Below, piece by piece: positions 18,576 through 28,313 of a stretch of DNA of 64,000 bases. The stretch's first letter is position 1; the number at the start of each line of letters is the position of its first letter. The position numbers and the translations under genes were made by a program. The notes below the pieces were generated by a model. The model was not told the DNA's origin, ran no database searches, and saw only the letters and a list, made by a program, of their open reading frames with translations. The stretch is taken from UHGV virus genome UHGV-0390448; one strand, 5' to 3'. This DNA comes from a virus.

Positions 18576-19251
18576 TTACCAGGCACTGCGTGAGGCGGCA
18601 GTGAAAGCAACGTGGGGAGACTGGGACTCATATAAACCACACCGTGGCGCACGTGGTTATGAGGTCCGACTAAGTAGTCAGGCCATTGCGCAACACGTTC
18701 TGAAAAACAACGCTGAATTTATTGCTGCCTTTAATCCAAAGGTTGCTTTGGCACTACTGGATGAGATCAACGCATTAGAGGAAACGCGTATCAACGATGT
18801 TTGCCGTATTGCGGAACTAACAAAACAACTGGAGTCGGCAAAATCAAAACTCAACGAGCAGCGCGAGCTTTACGAGGGAGTAATCGCGGATGGAGGTAAG
18901 CGCATAGCAGAACTGGAAAAACAATGCGCTGAATCGGAGCGAAAAGCATTAAGCAACTTTGAAGAGTGTGCTGCGATGGCTGAACGTATCGAAGAGTTGG
19001 AGCAGGCCAACACAAGACAGGACGCCAATATAAACCACCAGCAGGAGGGCGTGACTCAATCAGTCACCCGATACATATATCACTACAACGCAGTGAATGG
19101 TTCTGACTCTATGTCTGGAATTGCGCGGTTAAGTTTCATGATCAAATCACAATCTGACCTTGAAGAACTTAAAAGCGCGCTTAGGAATATTGGTGGTTTC
19201 CGTGCGAAAGCAATTAACTCTCTTTCATATCTTGGATGTGAGGAAGAATAG
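18562..19251 (+). CDS. Ead/Ea22-like protein, paralog B
   Basis: MSEINYQALREAAVKATW N-terminus. Confidence 0.5.
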   Translation: MSEINYQALREAAVKATWGDWDSYKPHRGARGYEVRLSSQAIAQHVLKNNAEFIAAFNPKVALALLDEINALEETRINDVCRIAELTKQLESAKSKLNEQRELYEGVIADGGKRIAELEKQCAESERKALSNFEECAAMAERIEELEQANTRQDANINHQQEGVTQSVTRYIYHYNAVNGSDSMSGIARLSFMIKSQSDLEELKSALRNIGGFRAKAINSLSYLGCEEE

Positions 19252-19257
19252 CAAACG

Positions 19258-19791
19258 ATGAAAAAAGGATTTAAAGATAATTTCGGTGCAGCGCAAAACA
19301 CTGGAGAAATCATTGACGCATTTAATGGGGAGGAAATGCCCACTTTATTCAGAAAAGAATATCCGCGAAAGAGTAGAGCAATAGAATTGCTGTTTATCAT
19401 TCTGTTTTTCGTGTTGCTGATACCAATAGCCTCAATATTAGTGACTGTTCTAATGGGAAGAGTATTTGAACCGTTAGTTGAACTGTATATCGATATAGTG
19501 TGGACCCCATTCAGGAAGCTACACAATAAAATTAACCCACATAAGGAAACAGATATGGCAACTTTGACAAAAGAAGATCGTTTTACCAAAAAACAAATCG
19601 CCGAGGCAAAAATCCTCGATAACAACGGAACCTACTTCATCAACGGTTCTATTCTTCCTGTTTATATCAATGAGGATGGAGACACTTACCTTATTGAAGA
19701 GTACGAAAAAGGCGAGCCGAGCGAACACCTCATTAAAGATTTGTTCGCGGATGGCGTTATTGTTGCGGTTAATCCAATCGGATACAACTGA
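19258..19791 (+). CDS. Hypothetical membrane protein
   Basis: TM segment LLFIILFFVLLIPIASILVTVLMG. Confidence 0.45.
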   Translation: MKKGFKDNFGAAQNTGEIIDAFNGEEMPTLFRKEYPRKSRAIELLFIILFFVLLIPIASILVTVLMGRVFEPLVELYIDIVWTPFRKLHNKINPHKETDMATLTKEDRFTKKQIAEAKILDNNGTYFINGSILPVYINEDGDTYLIEEYEKGEPSEHLIKDLFADGVIVAVNPIGYN

Positions 19792-19801
19792 GGCATAATT
19801 T

Positions 19802-20182
19802 ATGACCACTTTAACCGACAAAGAACTGATTAAAGAAATCAAAGAGCGCATAGGCAGTCTGGACGTGCGAGACGATATTGAGCGCCGTGCTTATGAAATT
19901 GCTCTGGCATCACTGGAAGCAGAGCCGGTGGCGTGGCTTCATTCAGACAATGGCTTAGGTATTCCGGCAATAACGAGGAGTAAAAACATTGCTGACAGTT
20001 GGTTATCAAAGGGTTGGTATGTTCAGCCGCTATATATAGCCAAGCCAGTGCCAGTTGTACCGGAAGAAAAACCAATGCCTAACCCTCTTAGCAGGTACGC
20101 GGTTGATGCTGTTGCCGCTATTGCAGAGGTGAGAGGCTGGAACGCCTGTCGTGCCGCCATGCTTCATGGTAAAGGAGAGTGA
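19802..20182 (+). CDS. Hypothetical protein
   Basis: ORF only. Confidence 0.45.
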   Translation: MTTLTDKELIKEIKERIGSLDVRDDIERRAYEIALASLEAEPVAWLHSDNGLGIPAITRSKNIADSWLSKGWYVQPLYIAKPVPVVPEEKPMPNPLSRYAVDAVAAIAEVRGWNACRAAMLHGKGE

Positions 20183-20183
20183 T

Positions 20184-20393
20184 ATGGCTATTGCCGCAAG
20201 TTACACCATGCATCTCTATTGTGACTGCCGCCAGTGTACGGAAGGTGTATATCCAGTGCCAGACTTCGGTGAGTATATCGGTACGTCATGGTCTGGCTGT
20301 GCAAAAGAGGCACGTAAGGATGGCTGGCGAATAAGCAAAGACAAAACACGTGCTTTTGCGCCAGGGCATAAAGTTTTAAGGATTAACAAATGA
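20184..20393 (+). CDS. Hypothetical small Cys-rich protein
   Basis: Internal ATG with aaaggagag RBS; CDCRQC motif. Confidence 0.45.
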   Translation: MAIAASYTMHLYCDCRQCTEGVYPVPDFGEYIGTSWSGCAKEARKDGWRISKDKTRAFAPGHKVLRINK

Positions 20394-21328
20394 CCACTAT
20401 TACCAAAGAGTTCACCAAAGAGCAGTTGATTGAGCAGGCTAAGAAGAATATTGAGGTTCTTCGAGTTGCGGTGGAAAGAGTCCCAGGCGCTTATGATGCG
20501 GCGGTTATTCATCTCAAGCTGGCTGAAATTACGCTGGCATCGCTGGAAGCAGAGCCTGTTCTGTATCAGTCCTGCACACGCCCCACCTGGAATAGCGGAG
20601 TTCCGTGGACGGAATGGAAAGAACGTAGTCGTGAGGGCTACGAAGACGATTTGCGCTTTACAGACACGCCTGACCATGCCGGTTGGATAAACAAATGTCG
20701 AAAACTATATACCACTCCGCCAGCACCGATAGCGTTAGAGGCCATTGAAAACGCAATTGAATATATCCGCAGTATCGCTTTTCACATCGATGAAGACGAT
20801 TACCACGGCAAGCATATTGCGTATTTCATGCGACAAGCACTGGTCTGGCTGGAAGGGCATTCATGCAGCAACGACAGACAGGGTAAAGCCGAGAATCAAC
20901 CAGTACGCGGCAACCAGACTGCCGAATCCAATCGCGGTAATGAGTGGACCGGCAATCCTGATATTGATAACGCCATCATCATGCTCGATCGCATAGATAC
21001 GCTGGAAAGTTGCGATGATGACCGTATTGAGGCGGTTAAGGCTGTTTTGCGTAGACTGGCTGGCAACTATCCGGTAACTCCGGATGGTTGGATAAGCTGT
21101 AGTGAGCGAATGCCAGAAATGGGAGAGCGACAATGCTATGTGTTAGCAGCTGACTTTAAAAACAACTACCCACCAAACATCCCCAACACTCAGGTCGGCG
21201 TATATGGCGACTGGTTTAATGATGGCAATCCCACTTGGGATGACGGTGATGGCGAAGACCTGTATCTCAAAGAGGTAACCCACTGGATGCGGCTACCGGA
21301 ACCGCCGCAGGAGGTTAACCGTGGCTAA
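20390..21328 (+). CDS. Phage protein with C-terminal DUF551-like domain
   Basis: C-terminal VTHWMRLPEPP pattern. Confidence 0.5.
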   Translation: MTTITKEFTKEQLIEQAKKNIEVLRVAVERVPGAYDAAVIHLKLAEITLASLEAEPVLYQSCTRPTWNSGVPWTEWKERSREGYEDDLRFTDTPDHAGWINKCRKLYTTPPAPIALEAIENAIEYIRSIAFHIDEDDYHGKHIAYFMRQALVWLEGHSCSNDRQGKAENQPVRGNQTAESNRGNEWTGNPDIDNAIIMLDRIDTLESCDDDRIEAVKAVLRRLAGNYPVTPDGWISCSERMPEMGERQCYVLAADFKNNYPPNIPNTQVGVYGDWFNDGNPTWDDGDGEDLYLKEVTHWMRLPEPPQEVNRG

Positions 21329-21504
21329 CCTGCAACTTATCCTCAAAGGTGAAAAGATTTGAGGATTCGCATCATTAATAACACCGACAAGCATCCGGAA
21401 GATTATTTGGATTGCTCGTTAGCAGAGCGCGTGGAATTGATATAAGAAAATCTCCGCACATCGGCAACACACAGCTAAATATGTTCGCAATAAAGGGTAA
21501 ATCA

Positions 21505-21906
21505 ATGGCTAAATTTCGGAGAACTATTATTTTTCTGGCAATGTTATCTGCCTGCCATTTATCACATGCATCGGTTATTGTTGCAACCGCCGCAACAACG
21601 GCAGCAATTAGCGCCTCAGCCGCAAGCGAGCAGGAGCAACGCACTGCAATCAATGCATCCGCAAATACTACCACTGTAGCAGTCACGCAAGATAAGCCAA
21701 ATATAGGCTTTGTTACTTGCGGAAAACGGTATGGAGAGACGGTCGGTTCTCTTGGTTGCGCAGTGTGGCATGACGAACGAGCAGAAATTCCGTGGAAATC
21801 ATGGCCTGGTTACATTCTTGGCGAAAAGATACCCACCAGCTATGAAGTAAATGCTATTTCGTTCGATCAATATAACAGAGTCGCAACGGTCTACTTTTCT
21901 TATTAA
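21505..21906 (+). CDS. Secreted protein with signal peptide
   Basis: MAKFRRTIIFLAMLSACHLSHA; aaggg RBS; track ORF begins earlier at 21412. Confidence 0.5.
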   Translation: MAKFRRTIIFLAMLSACHLSHASVIVATAATTAAISASAASEQEQRTAINASANTTTVAVTQDKPNIGFVTCGKRYGETVGSLGCAVWHDERAEIPWKSWPGYILGEKIPTSYEVNAISFDQYNRVATVYFSY

Positions 21907-21912
21907 CACGGA

Positions 21913-22212
21913 GTGATTATGTGGCGCGGTAATAATCATGGCAGAAGCCATATGATACTTACCGAATATAAGCTAGACCACAAAACCAATAAATCACGCT
22001 CAGTATATTTGCTTCGGCACAATAGCCGCGTAAGGAATACCGTGCTGGAGCAAAATCTGACCGTTGAAATGGATAATTTCGGGAATTTCAGGCCAACAAT
22101 ATCGCTTGATGATTTCCCACGTGGTTTAAGCGAAAGAGAAGCAATGCTGAAATTAGCAGAATGGCTACAAAGATTGAGTATTGTTATTGAAGATAACTGG
22201 AGTCAACCATAA
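21913..22212 (+). CDS. Hypothetical protein
   Basis: ORF only. Confidence 0.4.
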   Translation: MIMWRGNNHGRSHMILTEYKLDHKTNKSRSVYLLRHNSRVRNTVLEQNLTVEMDNFGNFRPTISLDDFPRGLSEREAMLKLAEWLQRLSIVIEDNWSQP

Positions 22213-22388
22213 TGAAAAACAGAAAGAAATTTTGGATTACTTTTTTGTTTGTATGCCTTTGTGGTTTATTTATTTTATTAGCTGGTGGTGTTAAATGGGG
22301 TACGGTGGGGTGTGGTTTTTGGAGCGGGGTTACTCTTTTCGCAGCCTGGCTTATTGCCAACTTTGAGTCAGGCGGAGGGTATTGGTAA
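22212..22388 (+). CDS. Small membrane protein (58 aa), candidate
   Basis: ATG overlaps upstream stop (taATG); two hydrophobic segments. Below the ORF-track cutoff. Confidence 0.3.
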   Translation: MKNRKKFWITFLFVCLCGLFILLAGGVKWGTVGCGFWSGVTLFAAWLIANFESGGGYW

Positions 22389-22408
22389 GTGGTCTTATTC
22401 CCCACTTC

Positions 22409-22460
22409 ATAACGGATATCACTCTCGTGATAACGGATATTCCAATTTTGATAACGGATA
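22409..22460. repeat. Three direct repeats of ATAACGGATA at 21-bp phasing
   Basis: Copies at about 22409, 22430 and 22451, just upstream of the ATG at 22468. Confidence 0.55.
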
Positions 22461-22467
22461 AGGCCAA

Positions 22468-22677
22468 ATGAAGCATTTTTTAAGACTGGCATTTGTTCTG
22501 GCGCTATTTGCTCCTCCGGCTGCAATGGCTGGAGAACAGCAACATTGCACAAAAGAGAATGAACACCCTTTCATCGTTATTCAATGTGATGACGGAACGG
22601 TGACAGTAGTTAATGTAAGGGATAAACGTGCAGCCGTATGCCGTAAAGGCGAACCATGCAAGGAAATAAAACTATGA
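22468..22677 (+). CDS. Small secreted Cys-containing protein
   Basis: MKHFLRLAFVLALFAPPAAMA signal peptide; 69 aa. Confidence 0.5.
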   Translation: MKHFLRLAFVLALFAPPAAMAGEQQHCTKENEHPFIVIQCDDGTVTVVNVRDKRAAVCRKGEPCKEIKL

Positions 22678-23471
22678 CTAAAATCACTAAATTTCGCATA
22701 TCAGAGATTATTGCACGCATCGAAATGTATGGACACGGCGCTGGATACACGGCAGATGAGGTATTGGAGCTTGCCCAAATAGCGTTAGCAACCTGCAAAG
22801 ACGGTGAGAGTATAAAGCTGATTGACTTGTTGGTGCTGGAGCTGCCAAAGCGTGGAGGGTGGCCTGATGATGTGCTCGATTGTCGCATGGTTAGAGAGGA
22901 CTGCTGTGAACCATCATATGGTTTCTTTGCTTTTGGCTCTGATCCAGCGAAAAGCCCGCGTGGGCGCAATTTTTGCCTTGAGGTCAGGCTTCCGATAAGT
23001 AACCTTGATCGCGAGGAATACACGGAAATAATTTCGCGCAAACAATACGAAGAGGCTCTTGAAGCATCCAATAAGTTAAATTTTGAGCAATGGCTGGGGC
23101 AACAACGCGAAAAAATCGACCTGGACTGCGGTTGTGTGTCTACTGAAACATTCATGCACTGGCTGCGAGTAGCCTATGAATCTGGCAACCGTCTGGATAC
23201 TCATCCACAAGAGGTGCCGAAGCCAAGAGTAAGCACAACTCTGGAAAGGAGCTATCTTGAAACTGCATTAAAGATTAAGGCAGGCCATACGCTAGGCGTC
23301 ATTGATGCCATGTTGGTTCATGAAATGGCGAAGGCTTTACTACCAGAAATTCCCGCGAATACGCCTACGCAAGTTCTGGCGCTAATGAACCAACACAATC
23401 TGCCCAGGGAAGCATTCTGGTGCTTTGACCATGAACAGTGGAGATACTCATGCTATGAATGCCGGTATTAA
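22674..23471 (+). CDS. Hypothetical protein
   Basis: ORF; internal start MTKITKF with aggaaa RBS. Confidence 0.5.
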   Translation: MTKITKFRISEIIARIEMYGHGAGYTADEVLELAQIALATCKDGESIKLIDLLVLELPKRGGWPDDVLDCRMVREDCCEPSYGFFAFGSDPAKSPRGRNFCLEVRLPISNLDREEYTEIISRKQYEEALEASNKLNFEQWLGQQREKIDLDCGCVSTETFMHWLRVAYESGNRLDTHPQEVPKPRVSTTLERSYLETALKIKAGHTLGVIDAMLVHEMAKALLPEIPANTPTQVLALMNQHNLPREAFWCFDHEQWRYSCYECRY

Positions 23472-23527
23472 TGATGACTGGTGAGCTTGTAGTTCTGGCT
23501 ACCCGCAGTACCCCTGGTTACTACAAA

Positions 23528-23878
23528 TCATTGTAGTGGGTGGCATTTAACGAAATCGATCACCCTATCCTGAACTTCAGAAAGAAGGGCTTTTTCACGC
23601 GCCAGGACGTCAGGATATTGACGTTCTGGCCTTACCAGATGCCGGAGCTTCCCATTAAGCAGAATGGCCTCAGAAAACACTTTTACGCTGTGCTTTATCC
23701 CCTCTGTTTCACTTTTCAGCGTCAAAATAAAGCGCAATTGCTTATTAGCCTGATTCAGATTCAATACACGAATTTGCAGTTCGTCTATGCTGTTTCGCAA
23801 TGGGATTGATGCCACCACACTGGTGCAGTCTCTGATTGTCTGAATTGAACGGCTAACATTGAGAACGTTATTGTGCAT
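23528..23878 (-). CDS. Hypothetical protein
   Basis: ORF only; lone minus-strand gene in a plus-strand block. Confidence 0.35.
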   Translation of the reverse strand: MHNNVLNVSRSIQTIRDCTSVVASIPLRNSIDELQIRVLNLNQANKQLRFILTLKSETEGIKHSVKVFSEAILLNGKLRHLVRPERQYPDVLAREKALLSEVQDRVIDFVKCHPLQ

Positions 23879-23910
23879 GTGCCTGATCCACTAACTCCTG
23901 GAGGTTTCTT

Positions 23911-24162
23911 GTGTCAGATCGAAATATAGCAGCTAAAAGCCAGGAAGAGCGAGACAAGGTGAACGTAGACCTTGCCGCCAGCGGCGTTGCTTACAAAGAA
24001 CGGCTGAATATACCTGTGATTGCAGAGCAGGTGGCCCGTGAGCAACCGGAAAACCTGCGCGCATATTTCATGGAACGGCTACGGCACTACCGGCAGTTAA
24101 GCCTCCAGTTGCCAAAAGGGAGCGATCCGGTGTATCAGAACGAGGATGCACCAAAAAAATAA
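23911..24162 (+). CDS. Hypothetical protein, GTG start
   Basis: ggagg RBS before the GTG. Confidence 0.4.
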   Translation: MSDRNIAAKSQEERDKVNVDLAASGVAYKERLNIPVIAEQVAREQPENLRAYFMERLRHYRQLSLQLPKGSDPVYQNEDAPKK

Positions 24163-24187
24163 CGGCAAGATGGGGGAGACATTAAAC

Positions 24188-24538
24188 ATGCTTAACTATC
24201 ACGACAACACGCGTTCTATGCAGACAATCCGCACCAATACAGCGGTGGTTGATAGCTTTCCTGTACATACCCAAGGCCGTGAAGATACCGTGGAAGTGCG
24301 ACGCATGTTGTGTCGCCGGTCACCAGGCCACCAGCACTTCATCGTAACGTTTAAAAGCGATGTAGAGCGCGCCGAAAAAATCTCTAACTCCACATCTCTG
24401 GTTAAGCCGTTGGCGGAGGTTATTGTGCGCAACAATAAGGCGCGCTTTGTCCTTGAGGAGCATCATTCTGATTTTAATGAAAAAATCGAGTCAAGCATTT
24501 TGCAATATATGAATGGCACGTTCACGCCACCAATGTGA
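24188..24538 (+). CDS. Hypothetical protein
   Basis: Internal ATG with gggggaga RBS. Confidence 0.45.
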   Translation: MLNYHDNTRSMQTIRTNTAVVDSFPVHTQGREDTVEVRRMLCRRSPGHQHFIVTFKSDVERAEKISNSTSLVKPLAEVIVRNNKARFVLEEHHSDFNEKIESSILQYMNGTFTPPM

Positions 24539-24637
24539 TTAGCCCCCAGCGTGGCGCGCGTACAAACCCCGCTTTCACAAACTATGCCTTTTCAATGTAT
24601 ACTGTATGAATAAACAGTATTATTGAGGTAAAACGCT

Positions 24638-25027
24638 ATGGGCTTCCCTTCTCCTGCGGCGGATTATGCAGAGAGCCGTATTTCTCTTGATCAGCAACTA
24701 ATCAGACATCCTTCAGCAACCTACTTCATGCGGGCGGCAGACAGCCATCACCGTGAGGGAATATTGCAGGGTGCTTTGCTGGTGGTTGATTCCTCACTTA
24801 CTCCGGTTGATGGTTCACTGCTTATATGCGCTATGGAGGGGGAATATCGCGTAAAAAGATACCGGAAGTATCCGCGCCAGCACCTGGAGGATTTAAGAAC
24901 CGGGAAGAAAGAGGCGTTACCAGTAGATGACGATGGATACACGGGCAGTAATGCTGTTTTTGGTGTGATCACTCATGTCATCAATGATGCCCGAAGTGGG
25001 GAATTTGATGATTGTCCGGTGATTTAA
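24638..25027 (+). CDS. humD: HumD, UmuD-prime-like SOS mutagenesis protein
   Basis: GFPSPAADYAE...HPSATYF UmuD-family pattern; sits immediately before phd-doc as in P1. Confidence 0.7.
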   Translation: MGFPSPAADYAESRISLDQQLIRHPSATYFMRAADSHHREGILQGALLVVDSSLTPVDGSLLICAMEGEYRVKRYRKYPRQHLEDLRTGKKEALPVDDDGYTGSNAVFGVITHVINDARSGEFDDCPVI

Positions 25028-25099
25028 GCTGCAAAGTGCTGGTGCTTTATGCCTGTGAAGTTTATAGTTGTGTACACATAACGAGTACACGAGGTGTTT

Positions 25100-25321
25100 A
25101 TGCAATCCATTAACTTCCGTACCGCGCGCGGCAACCTTTCTGAAGTGCTCAACAATGTTGAAGCCGGGGAAGAGGTTGAAATCACCCGCAGAGGCCGTGA
25201 GCCAGCAGTAATTGTCAACAAGGCTACTTTTGAAGCCTACAAAAAAGCGGCGCTGGATGCCGAATTTGCATCCCTGTTTGACACTCTGGACTCCACCAAC
25301 AAGGAACTGGTTAACCGATAA
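25100..25321 (+). CDS. phd: Phd antitoxin (prevent-host-death)
   Basis: [39 protein letters not shown] is essentially the P1 Phd sequence as I recall it. Confidence 0.85.
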   Translation: MQSINFRTARGNLSEVLNNVEAGEEVEITRRGREPAVIVNKATFEAYKKAALDAEFASLFDTLDSTNKELVNR

Positions 25322-25701
25322 TGAGGCATATATCACCGGAAGAACTTATTGCGCTTCATGATGCGAATATAAACCGCTACGGCGGCCTGCCGGGAATGTC
25401 AGATCCGGGTAGGGCAGAGGCCATTATCGGGAGAGTTCAGGCCAGAGTTGCCTACGAAGAGATCACCGACCTTTTCGAAGTCTCCGCCACCTACCTGGTG
25501 GCTACTGCGAGAGGGCATATATTCAATGATGCCAATAAGCGTACCGCGCTAAACAGTGCGCTGCTATTTCTACGCCGTAACGGTATACAGGTATATGATT
25601 CTCCCGTGCTGGTGGAACTTGCGGTTGGGGCTGCAACTGGTGAAATCCCCGTATCTTCAGTAGCGGAGAAACTACGTGAACTATATGGTTCCAATATTTG
25701 A
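25321..25701 (+). CDS. doc: Doc toxin (death-on-curing, Fic-fold kinase)
   Basis: [48 protein letters not shown] matches P1 Doc. Confidence 0.85.
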   Translation: MRHISPEELIALHDANINRYGGLPGMSDPGRAEAIIGRVQARVAYEEITDLFEVSATYLVATARGHIFNDANKRTALNSALLFLRRNGIQVYDSPVLVELAVGAATGEIPVSSVAEKLRELYGSNI

Positions 25702-25734
25702 AAAGAAGCCCGCTCAACCAGGCGGGCTTCCTAC
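25701..25734. terminator. Hairpin between convergent doc and 25737-26843
   Basis: gaagcccgc-tcaaccag-gcgggcttc; T-run on the minus-strand side. Confidence 0.5.
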
Positions 25735-25736
25735 TA

Positions 25737-26843
25737 TCACTCAATGATTTTTTCTGCTGTCAGCCAGCTAATTTCTTGCCTGTCTTTCGGCGGTTTTAGC
25801 ATGTGGGCGTATTCAGCGACATTCTCCCACGGAATTGTTTTTGCCCACTCAACGATAGCATTGTGATCTGCAGTGAAGAGTGGAATGGTGTGCGATTTCA
25901 ACCACTCTAATGTTGTAACGCCATGTTTTTTTGCGTGGTGCTGTGCATGATGCCGGGCTATCACTTGTAATGGCATTGTCCATTCACTACCATCAGGCAT
26001 CGAAAAGCGCATTGTTTTCGGCATATCTGATTCAAGAACAGCCTCCCGAATACCCGGGAACTCACCAAGAACCATGCGACGGTAATCATCGCCGATTTTA
26101 CCACCATACATTTCTGCAATCCCATCAAGATAATCTTGAGTAAGCAGAGGTGATTCTTCTGCGTTCAGCTTGATGGCTGTATAAATACCACATGGATTTT
26201 CTTCAGTTTTTGCACGACCATGATGGGAATCGTAAAAGTGTCCATGTTCCTCCTCTGGAGGAGCGGACATTAAAAGTATACGTGAATCGTCACTCACTAA
26301 AGATGCTCTTAACATCCCGAATAGCCGATAGCTTACAAGAGCCGCGTCCATAACAATGATCAAAAGATGTTCAGCATAATATCCGGCTACATCTTCCTCA
26401 TAATTTAGGCGATATGGTTTAATTTCGCAGCCCCAAGATTTTTGGTAACGATGATTGAGGCCATTTTGGTCGATTTGAAAATACTCTCCCAGTAATGGCG
26501 CTTTTGTATTAGCTTTCTCCCAATACATATTCATGAGTGAGAGAGTTACCATTCCATTACGCTCAAAGTCTGGAGCGACCATGACCGTTTTAGACTCAGG
26601 CATCAGGATCGTATAAAGGATACAAATGATAGCCAGAGCAGACTTATGTCCTATCCCAGTCGGTGTGGTAACGCTGACTGCTGAACCTTTTTGTTGAATC
26701 GCTTCAACAATTAATTTTTGCTGGTGGGTTAACTTAACCCCCATCAACTCTTCTGCTGCTAATGCCCAGTCATGGCTATATTTGCTTACCAGCTCTCTCC
26801 ACTCTGGTAATTCGGTGATGTTTTTAGGCGTCAGCATCAGCAT
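25737..26843 (-). CDS. Terminase-large-subunit-like ATPase paralog with degenerate Walker motifs
   Basis: Aligns by eye to PacB-like 32192-33700: TGIGHKSALAI vs SGHGTGKSSLTA; HLLIIVMDAA vs HLLLILDEAS; HFYDSHHGRAKTEENP vs YFYESHHSRAKAEGNP. Only 368 aa. Confidence 0.6.
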   Translation of the reverse strand: MLMLTPKNITELPEWRELVSKYSHDWALAAEELMGVKLTHQQKLIVEAIQQKGSAVSVTTPTGIGHKSALAIICILYTILMPESKTVMVAPDFERNGMVTLSLMNMYWEKANTKAPLLGEYFQIDQNGLNHRYQKSWGCEIKPYRLNYEEDVAGYYAEHLLIIVMDAALVSYRLFGMLRASLVSDDSRILLMSAPPEEEHGHFYDSHHGRAKTEENPCGIYTAIKLNAEESPLLTQDYLDGIAEMYGGKIGDDYRRMVLGEFPGIREAVLESDMPKTMRFSMPDGSEWTMPLQVIARHHAQHHAKKHGVTTLEWLKSHTIPLFTADHNAIVEWAKTIPWENVAEYAHMLKPPKDRQEISWLTAEKIIE

Positions 26844-27630
26844 CCTCCGCTACCTCTGCCTCCACATCTGCCGCGACTTCATCGGACTGTTCTTCTTTGG
26901 CCTGTTCTGCAATCGCCGCACGGCATTTCGCCCTGGCTGTAGCGATAGCCTCAACTTTCACGTCATTAGGAATACTTGAGGTGACATACATATCCAGTTC
27001 TTCAGCACGGAATACTGTTTTGCCCAGGAATTCATCAAGCATCCAGGTTAAGGAAAAGTCGCAGGAAATCAGGTCTACTTCGCCTTCCGCGCCGTTTGGG
27101 AAATGGATAAATATCTGTTTGCCCAGGCCAAGCACGCGACAAGCAGCCATCATTACTGCAAGTTCCAGGTCTTTGTTTTCACCTGCTACTGGTTGATCCA
27201 CACCAGTAATAGTGCCGTTCAAATGGATATTATATGGCTGATATTTAGAGATACGTTCTACACGCCATGTGCCGGTTAAGGTTCCCTGGCGGAAGATTAT
27301 CGGCGTGACCGAAAGCGACAGCTCTCGAATGAGTTGTTGCGCTATGGCTGGGTCATACAGGGGATCTAACGCGATGCATCCATAAGACTGCGCCAGTTCA
27401 AACAATTCTTCCTGTGTGCACTGAATGCCTCTTGCCGTAATAAAACGTCTGACTCCCGTTTTTCCGTCACGCCAGATAGCAATGCCATTCTCACTATCTA
27501 ACTCTTCGTCTAAGCCCAGGTATGTAAGGATGGTTCGCTCAATGGTGGCAAAGGGCAGGGACATATCATCGTTTACATCCACCAGCAGGCCGTTACGCAG
27601 GCGATATTGAATGTTTTTGGTATTTTCCAC
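26824..27630 (-). CDS. Hypothetical protein with acidic C-terminal tail
   Basis: 268 aa; overlaps the downstream gene start. Confidence 0.5.
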   Translation of the reverse strand: MENTKNIQYRLRNGLLVDVNDDMSLPFATIERTILTYLGLDEELDSENGIAIWRDGKTGVRRFITARGIQCTQEELFELAQSYGCIALDPLYDPAIAQQLIRELSLSVTPIIFRQGTLTGTWRVERISKYQPYNIHLNGTITGVDQPVAGENKDLELAVMMAACRVLGLGKQIFIHFPNGAEGEVDLISCDFSLTWMLDEFLGKTVFRAEELDMYVTSSIPNDVKVEAIATARAKCRAAIAEQAKEEQSDEVAADVEAEVAEDADADA

Positions 27631-27636
27631 GTTAAA

Positions 27637-28299
27637 TCACTCCACAACAAACCAGTCACAGGCCAGCAGGTCGCCAACTGAAGGCACCCACGGAACAACT
27701 ACACCTTGTGCATTTTTTAAGGCGAAATAAGCACCATACGGAACGAGGTCGCCGGGGAAATATCCCTTAATGGCTTCCATTCGTGCCGGGTACTGTCCTT
27801 CAGGAACCAGCCAGCAGAATTGGTTTTCGCCGTTCCACCCGCGTCGAGCAACTTTCTTGCCATCCTTCAGCCACATCAGCGCGTCAGAAAAGTCGGCTGC
27901 TTCAAGGTCGATTTCTTCTTGTAGAGTAGCGATACCGCCAGCAGAAATAGTTACGTCCCTGGCTGTAATGAATGTCACCCCATTGTGACCTTCAATGCTG
28001 AGCAATGTCCCATTTTCGAAGGCGTCGTTAACCCGGCTATAGCATTTTTCAAATGCTTTCTCTGGCACATAGACCAGATAGCCATTTTCAGCAGTGACGA
28101 GATATCCTCCTATTTGCGGGCGGAATTTTTCCAAGAACACACCATCAACACGAAGCGTCATTCCTTTTGGCTCAACGACTTCGATACTGCCAAAAATGGG
28201 CGCATAATCTTCGCCGACAATAACAATATCTTTGATTTTCGATGCCCGAATGATGCTGTGGCATTTGTATTTGGGGAACACCTGAAAAGTGCTGACCAT
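27637..28299 (-). CDS. Phage protein with DUF2829-like C-terminal domain
   Basis: C-terminal MWLKDGKKVARRGW...DLLACDWFVVE pattern. Confidence 0.45.
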   Translation of the reverse strand: MVSTFQVFPKYKCHSIIRASKIKDIVIVGEDYAPIFGSIEVVEPKGMTLRVDGVFLEKFRPQIGGYLVTAENGYLVYVPEKAFEKCYSRVNDAFENGTLLSIEGHNGVTFITARDVTISAGGIATLQEEIDLEAADFSDALMWLKDGKKVARRGWNGENQFCWLVPEGQYPARMEAIKGYFPGDLVPYGAYFALKNAQGVVVPWVPSVGDLLACDWFVVE

Positions 28300-28313
28300 A
28301 ATCCTTCCTCTAC

